Shown here: positions 56,487 to 64,000 of the stretch, in pieces
Layout: the number at the start of each line of letters is the position of its first letter
How positions within the stretch are numbered: the stretch's first letter is position 1
Origin: an uncultured Rhizobium sp.
GTDB taxonomy: Bacteria; Pseudomonadota; Alphaproteobacteria; Rickettsiales; UBA1997
DNA: 64,000 bases
Assembly (NCBI GenBank): GCA_964447395.1
Contig: CAYUSO010000002.1
Coordinates: 3,341-67,340, forward strand
Reading direction: 5' to 3'
Made by a program: the position numbers and the translations under genes
The notes under the pieces: generated by a model
What the model saw: only the letters and a program-made list of their open reading frames with translations
Databases searched by the model: none
What the model was told of the DNA's origin: nothing

Positions 56487-57440
56487 ATGCAAGAATTTCA
56501 GCTCATAAATAAAATTTTTAAGCCACTAACAGAAGGCCACGAAGCCTCGCGCAATCTAGCTGACGACGTAGCAAAAATCTCACCAAAAAAAAATGAAGAA
56601 TTGGTAATCAGTAAAGATTTGCTTGTCGAAAATGTGCATTTTTTAAAAAAAGATGGCGGCTTCAAAATAGCTTCAAAACTTTTACGCGCCAACCTTTCCG
56701 ACCTTGCTGCTGCTGGTGCGACGCCACTTTATTACATGTTGGGGTTTTCTAAAAATAAGCATCTTGATAAAAAATTTTTACATGAATTTGCGCGCGGATT
56801 AAAAGCAGTTCAGGATGAATTTAGCCTTTCCCTGATTGGTGGCGATACAGTTTCATCAGACCAACTTTTTTTCTCGGTGACAATTTTTGGCAGCGTAAAA
56901 AAAGGTAAAATTTTATCGCGTAATGCCGCCAAATCTGGCGATTTAATTTTTGTTTCCGGATCGATTGGAGATGCATTTTTAGGCCTTTCATGCCAAGAAA
57001 ATTTTTTACGAAATCGTCATTTTTTTCCAACACCGCGAATTGATTTAGGAAAAAAACTTCTCGAAAAAAGTCTGTCAAAATGTGCAATTGATGTGTCGGA
57101 TGGATTGCTCGCTGATCTGCGCCATATCTGCGAAGAATCAAAATTGGATGCGCAAATTTTTTTGGATAAAATTCCACTTTCTAAATCAGCAAAATCAGAA
57201 TTAATCCGCGGAAAAGCGAAGATCCTCGATCTGCTTTCTGGTGGCGATGATTACGAATTAATTTTCTCAGTTAACCCAAAAAACTATAAAAAAGTCATGG
57301 CACTCTCAAAACTGCTAAAACTTGATTTGACTTGTATCGGAGAGTTTAAAAACTCGCCGCGCAAGAAATTCGAAATCTCCCTGCACGATCAAAAAAATCA
57401 GAAAATAAAAATCACAAAATTTGGCTATGAGCATTTTTAA
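56487..57440 (+). CDS. thiL: Thiamine-monophosphate kinase
   Basis: EFQLI, NLSDLAA.GA.P, GGDT, DVSDGL..DL, GGDDYEL, GYEHF. Confidence 0.96.
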   Translation: MQEFQLINKIFKPLTEGHEASRNLADDVAKISPKKNEELVISKDLLVENVHFLKKDGGFKIASKLLRANLSDLAAAGATPLYYMLGFSKNKHLDKKFLHEFARGLKAVQDEFSLSLIGGDTVSSDQLFFSVTIFGSVKKGKILSRNAAKSGDLIFVSGSIGDAFLGLSCQENFLRNRHFFPTPRIDLGKKLLEKSLSKCAIDVSDGLLADLRHICEESKLDAQIFLDKIPLSKSAKSELIRGKAKILDLLSGGDDYELIFSVNPKNYKKVMALSKLLKLDLTCIGEFKNSPRKKFEISLHDQKNQKIKITKFGYEHF

Positions 57441-58101
57441 AAAATCTCCCGAAGACGAAAAGTACGCTAGCTCATTCCGCCGCAGTGTAGCTGCCGGAAT
57501 CGACATTTGGATCGTGCTTTTTATGCGCATCGCCACCATGCAAATCTTGGGCATTTTATGGATTAATCGCGCCGTGATGGAATTCATGGGGGAATTCAAA
57601 GATCAATTCGGAACTGAAAGCATAAAAAACACGCCAGAACATATCGATTTTATCATTCATCACCGCATTTTTATTTACGCCCTCACCTTCTACGCCATCA
57701 TCATTTTGGTTGGCGCAATTTATCACGCTTATCTCAATTCTTCATCATGGGAAGGCACGATTGGCAAGCGTTTGATGAATATGAAAATCATCAAAGAAAA
57801 TAATCTAAAGATCAGCTTCAAGCGCGGACTTATGCATTATTTTCTCTCGGTTTTGCCTTTCGCTTTTTTGATTTATCTTTTGAGCTTTCAAATCAGAAAC
57901 GATCTCACTTTTTACAACGCTCTAATTGCTTCTGAATTCAACATTTTCCTCGGAATTATTTTCGTCTTCTGGGTGCAAATTCACCTTTTTACCAAAAGAA
58001 AAACCACTGCTTATGATCTCATCTGCAACACGATTTTGGTAAACGGAAAAACCGATGCTAAATGGCCATGGACAAAAAACTCCGCCGCAATCGATAACTA
58101 G
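57427..58101 (+). CDS. RDD family membrane protein
   Basis: YAS.FRR..A..ID, TIGKR, DLIC.T. Confidence 0.8.
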   Translation: MSIFKKSPEDEKYASSFRRSVAAGIDIWIVLFMRIATMQILGILWINRAVMEFMGEFKDQFGTESIKNTPEHIDFIIHHRIFIYALTFYAIIILVGAIYHAYLNSSSWEGTIGKRLMNMKIIKENNLKISFKRGLMHYFLSVLPFAFLIYLLSFQIRNDLTFYNALIASEFNIFLGIIFVFWVQIHLFTKRKTTAYDLICNTILVNGKTDAKWPWTKNSAAIDN

Positions 58102-58109
58102 AATTTCTC

Positions 58110-58970
58110 ATGCTCAACATCTCACAAAAAACGATTAACAGCAAAGTTCGCTGCAATTCTGTCGGGCTTCATACCGGCGCGAAAGTAATGATGACGCTAC
58201 TTCCAGCGCCTTGTAATAGCGGAATAGTTTTTCGTCGCACCGATCTCGAAAATGGCAAAAATGAAATCAGAGCCAATTACAAAAATGTCAAAACCACTAA
58301 TCTCGGAACAACCATCACCAACGAATTTGATGCTAAAGTCGCAACAATTGAGCACTTAATGGCAGCGATTTGGGGCTGCGGAATCGACAATCTCATCGTC
58401 GAATTAGACGGCCCAGAAATTCCAATTATGGATGGCTCTGCTGAACCTTTCGTCTTCTTAATCGAATGCGCCGGAATCAACATTCAAGATGAGCCGCGCC
58501 GTGTTATTGAAATCATAAAAAAAATTCGCGTCGAAGAAAAAGATAAATTCATCGAACTCGAGCCAGCGAAAGATTTTTCCATCGATCTACATATCGACTT
58601 CAATCACAAGCAACTGCAAAGCCAAAAATTCGATTATCACTCAACTTTCACTTCTTTCAAAAACGATATTTCCCGCGCCAGAACTTTTTGTTTCCAGCAT
58701 GAAATTGATCACATGCATCAACTCGGTCTGGCTAAAGGCGGCTCGCTGGATAACGCGATTGTGATTGCGGAAGACGGCATCGTTAATCAAGGCGGATTGC
58801 GTTATCAGGATGAATTTGCGCGCCACAAAACTCTCGATTTCATCGGCGATATGTATCTCGCCGGCCATTACATCATTGGCCATTTCAAAGCTTCGAAAGC
58901 TGGACACGGAATCAATAACAAGCTTCTACACGAGCTGTTTAGAGACGAGTCGGCCTGGAGATTGGTTTAA
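58110..58970 (+). CDS. lpxC: UDP-3-O-acyl-GlcNAc deacetylase
   Basis: GLHTG, TIEHLMAA, PIMDGSA, ARTF, RHK.LD..GD. Confidence 0.97.
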   Translation: MLNISQKTINSKVRCNSVGLHTGAKVMMTLLPAPCNSGIVFRRTDLENGKNEIRANYKNVKTTNLGTTITNEFDAKVATIEHLMAAIWGCGIDNLIVELDGPEIPIMDGSAEPFVFLIECAGINIQDEPRRVIEIIKKIRVEEKDKFIELEPAKDFSIDLHIDFNHKQLQSQKFDYHSTFTSFKNDISRARTFCFQHEIDHMHQLGLAKGGSLDNAIVIAEDGIVNQGGLRYQDEFARHKTLDFIGDMYLAGHYIIGHFKASKAGHGINNKLLHELFRDESAWRLV

Positions 58971-58986
58971 TTTTTTTTGAAAAACT

Positions 58987-59991
58987 ATGTCTAGAAATAT
59001 ACCGGAAGTGAAGGCAACTCTAAGAAAGCCAACAGATGCAGAAATGTTGGATTTTATAAAGAAAGAAGGCAGCAAGTTTAATGCCGAAACTCTACAGGAA
59101 GTTTTTACATTTACCGCAGTTAACAACTTGCCGGACTCGTGTTTTTTTATGTTAACTGAATTTCGAGGAAGAGTTGAGCCAGACTGCATCTATGACGATC
59201 AGCAGACGAGCCTAAAAATGCCGCTATTGTCATCAGTGGCAGTGCGTGGCCACGTGCAAATTGTGGAAATATTATGCTCAGATGGAGTTTGCAGAATTGA
59301 TCCTAACAAATTCGACGAAATGGGAATAACTCCACTTCATTACGCATTATCAAACGAAAATTCTCCGATTCGGAATCAAATGTGCGCGTTTATTTTAGGT
59401 TTAGAAGATGCTGATCCTGATATGCGTACTGCGAGTGGAGGAATGTCAGCAAGATCTGTTGCGCTATCTGACAGCGATCCGGTACTTCACGTAATTTTCG
59501 GAATACCTAAAGACTTAGTTATGATTAATTTGGCTCAGCGAGGAGATTTTGACGGTTTGCTGAAACTTGCTAACTCGTCTGGTTATATTGCCGCACCTTC
59601 TAGTCCTGTTGCTGGCGCCTCTGGTGGTTCTGCCGTTGCCGCTTTTGCTGCCGCTTACAATGATCCTGATTTTTATCAAAGCCCCGCATTGATCAGAAGT
59701 AGATTAATAGAATCAAATCCGACAACGGATCCGACAACGCCGGTTATTTCGAGAACAGCTAGCAGAGCCTTGTTGGAGGTGATTGATGCGGCTACAAATC
59801 AAAAAGCAGCTAAAAATGAAAAAGAAGATGAAAATGAAAGCCCAGTTCCGCTTGCTCCAGCATCGCAAAAATCTTCATCTCAGTCGATTGGCTCTTCCAC
59901 TCCCGCTACTTCCCCTAATAAATCCGGAGTCTTTGCATCGGTTTTTGATGCAATCAGGCGCTGTTGCCAAGGAAAGGGAAAAATTGACTAG
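58987..59991 (+). CDS. Ankyrin-repeat-containing orphan protein
   Basis: RGHVQIVEIL and GITPLHYA ankyrin-like motifs; S/P-rich tail. Confidence 0.7.
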   Translation: MSRNIPEVKATLRKPTDAEMLDFIKKEGSKFNAETLQEVFTFTAVNNLPDSCFFMLTEFRGRVEPDCIYDDQQTSLKMPLLSSVAVRGHVQIVEILCSDGVCRIDPNKFDEMGITPLHYALSNENSPIRNQMCAFILGLEDADPDMRTASGGMSARSVALSDSDPVLHVIFGIPKDLVMINLAQRGDFDGLLKLANSSGYIAAPSSPVAGASGGSAVAAFAAAYNDPDFYQSPALIRSRLIESNPTTDPTTPVISRTASRALLEVIDAATNQKAAKNEKEDENESPVPLAPASQKSSSQSIGSSTPATSPNKSGVFASVFDAIRRCCQGKGKID

Positions 59992-59997
59992 AAAAAA

Positions 59998-60372
59998 TTA
60001 GCGCCCACCAACAAATCCGGCATCGTAAGCTCTGATATATTTCGGATCGGCGTAGCCTCTTACACTTTCTCTCAGGCTACATTGCAACATCTCTTCCGGT
60101 GAAATTTTATCGATTTTAAAAGAACGATTTCCCGGCAAGCGAATGACGGTATAATTCTCGCTGGTGTGATAAAATTTTTTATCCTCATTTGCCTTGATGA
60201 TCGCGACTCGGATTTCTTCGAGTCTAGCATAACGCACCAAAATTCCCTCATGACCCGGGCAAATAATTTCAGTATTAAAAAACACTTTTTTCTCACTAAA
60301 CATGCCGCAAGAAGCGACAAAAATTAGCAGAAAAAAACAGGAAATTTTATTGAGGTTTGACTTGTCCAACAT
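59998..60372 (-). CDS. Hypothetical lipoprotein
   Basis: Lipobox VASC after a hydrophobic stretch. Confidence 0.6.
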   Translation of the reverse strand: MLDKSNLNKISCFFLLIFVASCGMFSEKKVFFNTEIICPGHEGILVRYARLEEIRVAIIKANEDKKFYHTSENYTVIRLPGNRSFKIDKISPEEMLQCSLRESVRGYADPKYIRAYDAGFVGGR

Positions 60373-60778
60373 TGCTGAAAATTGATTTAAAAAACCCAGC
60401 CTTATGACTCTCGACTGCGGTGTAATTTGTGACAAATTGCAGTTTTTTATCCTCATCATTTAGGTCAATTTTTTTAATCTCTTTAACTAGACCAGTCTCG
60501 TCAAACCTTACAACCAAAAGCTCTCGTTCGGTTATTTTTGGTATAAAAAACAAAAAATGCTCAACTTTTTCTGAGAAATAAATCCAAGCTTCATTGTCGC
60601 TTAAATCGGAAATTATTGTTGGAGAACCCATTATGTGCAGCAGTTTTTCTTTACTAGTGACTCCCTCCTGCAAAAGATCGTGATCCGACAAATCGAACAT
60701 ATAGCCATGCTTATCAAGCCTTGAAACGCAAGAGCTGAGCATGGTTAGTAAAAAAATTACCAAAAGAAAATTTTTCAT
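60347..60778 (-). CDS. bamE: Outer membrane protein assembly factor BamE
   Basis: Lipobox LSSC, HGY, MGSPT, WIY, FD..G.V. Confidence 0.88.
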   Translation of the reverse strand: MKNFLLVIFLLTMLSSCVSRLDKHGYMFDLSDHDLLQEGVTSKEKLLHIMGSPTIISDLSDNEAWIYFSEKVEHFLFFIPKITERELLVVRFDETGLVKEIKKIDLNDEDKKLQFVTNYTAVESHKAGFFKSIFSNVGQVKPQ

Positions 60779-60819
60779 TTTTTAGTCAAAAATTGAGAAA
60801 AAATTTACAAAATTTTTAG

Positions 60820-60976
60820 CGATTATCCTGTGACAAACTAAAACTTCTCAGTTTCCCGAGCGAAGTCTTCTCAGCTCCCCGAGCGAAGTCGAGGGGTTGG
60901 GAGTTTACTTTCCTACTCCTCAACTTCGCTCGTAGAACTGAGGCTAAAAATTAGTCTGTCGCGAGATAAATCTCCG
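60820..60976. repeat. REP-like family A with both outer arms and an internal duplication
   Basis: gattatcctgtgacaaactaaaacttctcag...ccccgagcgaagtcgagggg...ttagtctgtcgcgagataaatc. Confidence 0.85.
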
Positions 60977-60997
60977 AAATTTTTTGAAATTTGTAAG

Positions 60998-61033
60998 TTG
61001 CTTTTATTGAAGTCGCGCCTAATTTGCCGCGCG
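60998..61033 (+). promoter_or_regulatory. Putative promoter of rpmF-plsX-fabH
   Basis: TTGCTT-N16-TAATTT-GCCGCGC. Confidence 0.55.
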
Positions 61034-61105
61034 TTTTTGTAAGTCCACCTCCCCCCAAAATCAAATCAAAATTTTTAATCAAATAACTTAAACAAAGGCT
61101 TTACT

Positions 61106-61312
61106 ATGGCAGTTCCTAAAAAGAAAAAATCTATGTCAAGAAGTGGCATGAGAAGAGGTAGCAATGGCACTTTTGATGCTAACTTCCCAAACGTCACAAG
61201 CGATAAAACAAGCGGCGAATTTAAGCTATCACATCACATCTCATCTGATGGTTATTACAAAGGCCGCAAAGTAGTTGCCGATAAGAAGAAAAAATCTTCC
61301 AGCGAAGAGTAG
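61106..61312 (+). CDS. rpmF: 50S ribosomal protein L32
   Basis: MAVPKKK.S.SR..MRR, HHI...GYY.GR; precedes plsX. Confidence 0.93.
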   Translation: MAVPKKKKSMSRSGMRRGSNGTFDANFPNVTSDKTSGEFKLSHHISSDGYYKGRKVVADKKKKSSSEE

Positions 61313-61318
61313 TTTCAA

Positions 61319-62395
61319 GTGACAAAAAAATTCACAGTAGCACTAGATTGCATGGGCGGTGATCGAGCCCCACAGGTCGTGATTGAGGGCGCGGATCGCA
61401 TTGCCTCAACCAATCTCGATGTGCATTTTTTATTGTTTGGAGATTCAAAAAAAATCACTCCGATCATCAATCACTGCCGCTATCTCAAAGGCCGCTACAC
61501 TCTTACGCACACTGACGAATTTATTTCCTCCGACGAAAAACCTTCAATCGCTTTGCGTCGCGGAACCAATTCCAGCATGCGCTTAGCGATTGATGCAGTA
61601 AAAGGTGGAAATGCTGACGTTGTTGTTTCAGCTGGCAATACCGGCGCTCTGATGGCAATCGCAAAAATCGTTTTGCGCCCGCTTCCATCAATTGATCGCC
61701 CAGCAATTGTCACTTCAATTCCAAACAGAAAAGGCAAAGGCACAGTCTTTCTCGACATGGGCGCCAATGTTGAATGCAGCGCTGAAATTCTTTTTCAATT
61801 CGCCGTGATGGGACACGCCTTCGCGCGCGCCGCTCTAAAAATCGACAATCCAAAAATCGGTGTTTTAAACGTCGGATCAGAAGAATTGAAAGGTCATGAT
61901 GACGTGCGTAACGTTGCCGTCATGCTGCGAAACAGCATTTTGAAAGATTCATTTCATGGCTATGTCGAAGGCGATGACATCACCAAAGGCACGGTTGATG
62001 TTGTGGTCACTGATGGCTTCACCGGCAATATCACTCTCAAAGCAATCGAGGGTTCGGTGAAACTAATTTCCGCCATCATCAAGGAAGGCTTCACCAGCTC
62101 AATTTGGTCAAAAATCGGTTATCTTTTTGCCAGCTCATCTCTCACAAAATCCACAAAAACAATGGATCCGCGCCTTCATAACGGTGCAATGCTTGTCGGC
62201 TTAAATGGCGTAGTCGTAAAAAGTCATGGCAGCACTGACGCACTTGGATTCGCAAACGCCATCAAGGTCGCAATTTCTCTGGTGGAAAATAAAATCAATG
62301 AACAGATTACGCAGGAATTAAAACTCGCTGCAGATTCAATCGAGGCTGCGACTGCGCAAAATGCCTCTTCTGGCGACGAAAAATCTTCAACATGA
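61319..62395 (+). CDS. plsX: Phosphate acyltransferase PlsX
   Basis: D.MGGD.AP, SAGNTGA, DGFTGN, KSHG. Confidence 0.97.
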   Translation: MTKKFTVALDCMGGDRAPQVVIEGADRIASTNLDVHFLLFGDSKKITPIINHCRYLKGRYTLTHTDEFISSDEKPSIALRRGTNSSMRLAIDAVKGGNADVVVSAGNTGALMAIAKIVLRPLPSIDRPAIVTSIPNRKGKGTVFLDMGANVECSAEILFQFAVMGHAFARAALKIDNPKIGVLNVGSEELKGHDDVRNVAVMLRNSILKDSFHGYVEGDDITKGTVDVVVTDGFTGNITLKAIEGSVKLISAIIKEGFTSSIWSKIGYLFASSSLTKSTKTMDPRLHNGAMLVGLNGVVVKSHGSTDALGFANAIKVAISLVENKINEQITQELKLAADSIEAATAQNASSGDEKSST

Positions 62396-63348
62396 AAAGC
62401 AAAATCACAGCAACTGGCTCATATCTTCCGCAAAAAATTCTTACTAACTCCGATCTCGAAAAAACTGTTGATACCAACAACGCTTGGATCATTGAGCGCA
62501 CTGGAATCAAGCAACGCCACATCGCTGCAGAAAATGAATTAACCTCGGATCTCGCCACCAAAGCTGCAAAGAAAACTCTCGAAAATTCTGCAATCAAAGC
62601 AGAAGAAATCGATTTGATCATTGTCGCCACTACAACTCCCGACCTTACCTTCCCAGCAACTGCAACAACCGTTCAGGCTAAACTTGGCGCTAAAAATGCT
62701 TTCGCTTTTGACATGCAGGCAGTTTGTTCTGGATTCGTTTTTGCCCTCGCAACCGCAGATAATTTCATCAAATCCGGCCAAGTAAAAAATGCTTTGGTCA
62801 TTGGCGCCGAAACACTTTCGCGCATAGTTGACTGGAAAGATCGAAACACTTGCGTGCTCTTCGGAGACGGCGCTGGTGCGGTTTTACTTCAAGCAACAAA
62901 TGAAGAAAATTGCGGAATCATTGCCAGCGCTTTACATTCGGACGGCGCTTTAAACGACTTGCTTAAAACCTCCGGCGGTGCTTCATCAAATCAAAAATCC
63001 GGTTTCATCGAAATGGCGGGAAAAGAAGTTTTTAAGCATGCAGTTGAGAAGATGGCAAAATCAGTTTTATCCGCACTCGACAAAGCCAAACTCACAGTCA
63101 AAGACATTGATCTTCTAGTTCCGCATCAAGCGAATTTGCGCATTTTAAATGCAGTTGCGACACGTTTGGAATTGCAGGAAGAAAAAGTCATCATCACCGT
63201 TCCAAACCATGCCAACACTTCTGCCGCATCAATTCCACTGGCTTTGGATTTTGCGAATTCCAATAAAAAACTTAAAAAAGGTGACGTTGTAGTTCTTGAG
63301 GCTCTAGGTGGCGGGCTAACTTGGGGATCGATAGTTCTAAAGTGGTAA
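62392..63348 (+). CDS. fabH: Beta-ketoacyl-ACP synthase III
   Basis: AVCSGF, LFGDGAGA, PHQAN, NTSAASIP, GGGLTWG. Confidence 0.97.
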   Translation: MKSKITATGSYLPQKILTNSDLEKTVDTNNAWIIERTGIKQRHIAAENELTSDLATKAAKKTLENSAIKAEEIDLIIVATTTPDLTFPATATTVQAKLGAKNAFAFDMQAVCSGFVFALATADNFIKSGQVKNALVIGAETLSRIVDWKDRNTCVLFGDGAGAVLLQATNEENCGIIASALHSDGALNDLLKTSGGASSNQKSGFIEMAGKEVFKHAVEKMAKSVLSALDKAKLTVKDIDLLVPHQANLRILNAVATRLELQEEKVIITVPNHANTSAASIPLALDFANSNKKLKKGDVVVLEALGGGLTWGSIVLKW

Positions 63349-63406
63349 ATCTGATTCGTTAAAATTTTCTACTTTTTCTGCACATTTAAGCATTCACGCT
63401 TTTGAT

Positions 63407-64000
63407 CTAAATGCCTTGCTTGACAGCCATCTTGCAGATGTTGTGAAGTTTTTTACTTACCATTTCCGTTGTGTAATTTTCGTAAAATTTCTTCTGCGCT
63501 TGCTCAGCTAATTGGCGCGCGAAATTTTCGTCATTCATCAGGCGTTCAATTGCGTCAGCGAGAAGTTTTGGCATTTGCTTTTCATCATCTTTTGAAACTT
63601 TTAAGCCGTTAATTCCTTCGTCAATAACCTCGTCTGGACCCCAGCTATTGCTGGTGATAATTGGAGTTAGATAAAGCATCGCTTCAAGGAGAACTATGCC
63701 AAAGGTTTCGCCCCAAGAAGGCAAAATGAAGATGTCGATTTCGTCGAAAAATTTTCTTTTATCAGATGTCCAACCAAGAATTTTGAAATTTTTTTCTAAG
63801 CCCAATTCTTTCGCCAAATCATTCAGCGGCTTTTCCATCGGCCCTACTCCGCCAATGACATATTCGCACTCAATGCCGCGATCACGCAAAATTTTCATCG
63901 CCCGCAAAGTTTTATCGAAAAATTTTTCCGGATAGAGACGACCGAGAGATCCCAATTTTAGCGGTTTGCGGAAAGGCTTTTTAATCGGAGTGGTAAAATT
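63407..64000 (-). CDS. Glycosyltransferase family 4 (5' end beyond window)
   Basis: GRL..EK, PS..ETFG.V.LEAM. Confidence 0.88.
   Translation of the reverse strand, partial: NFTTPIKKPFRKPLKLGSLGRLYPEKFFDKTLRAMKILRDRGIECEYVIGGVGPMEKPLNDLAKELGLEKNFKILGWTSDKRKFFDEIDIFILPSWGETFGIVLLEAMLYLTPIITSNSWGPDEVIDEGINGLKVSKDDEKQMPKLLADAIERLMNDENFARQLAEQAQKKFYENYTTEMVSKKLHNICKMAVKQGI

Noticed and set aside
2271..60976. Palindromic repeats as a CRISPR array
   Set aside because: Dispersed inverted pairs, no regular repeat-spacer run, no cas genes
61106..61312. L32 lacking zinc-binding Cys
   Set aside because: Common variant in alphaproteobacteria

Overview
AT-rich chromosomal window from an alphaproteobacterium, probably Rickettsiales-related (DUF2610-like protein, long-linker FtsZ, PntAA-type transhydrogenase subunit, large NAD-GDH), that still carries biosynthetic genes (leuB, aroC, thiE, thiL, folB, folE, glmS, pdxH). 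It is mostly housekeeping genes plus one tRNA-Leu(GAG). No transposase, prophage or CRISPR is visible. The most unusual points: (1) several families of small palindromic or tandem repeats fill the intergenic gaps and enter coding sequence, including up to three in-frame insertions in mfd; (2) the replicative dnaE stops at 829 aa just before the HhH motif, next to a palindromic element, with no C-terminal part in the window; (3) a 56-aa secreted peptide missed by the ORF track, whose predicted mature N-terminus (AFPTAINDQITDS) resembles R-body RebB proteins; (4) a non-alphaproteobacterial LexA and a RhuM/Fic gene sit directly in front of mfd; (5) six predicted promoters share a 16-bp spacer; (6) normally conserved operons are fragmented. 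All family assignments are from motif recognition, not database searches.
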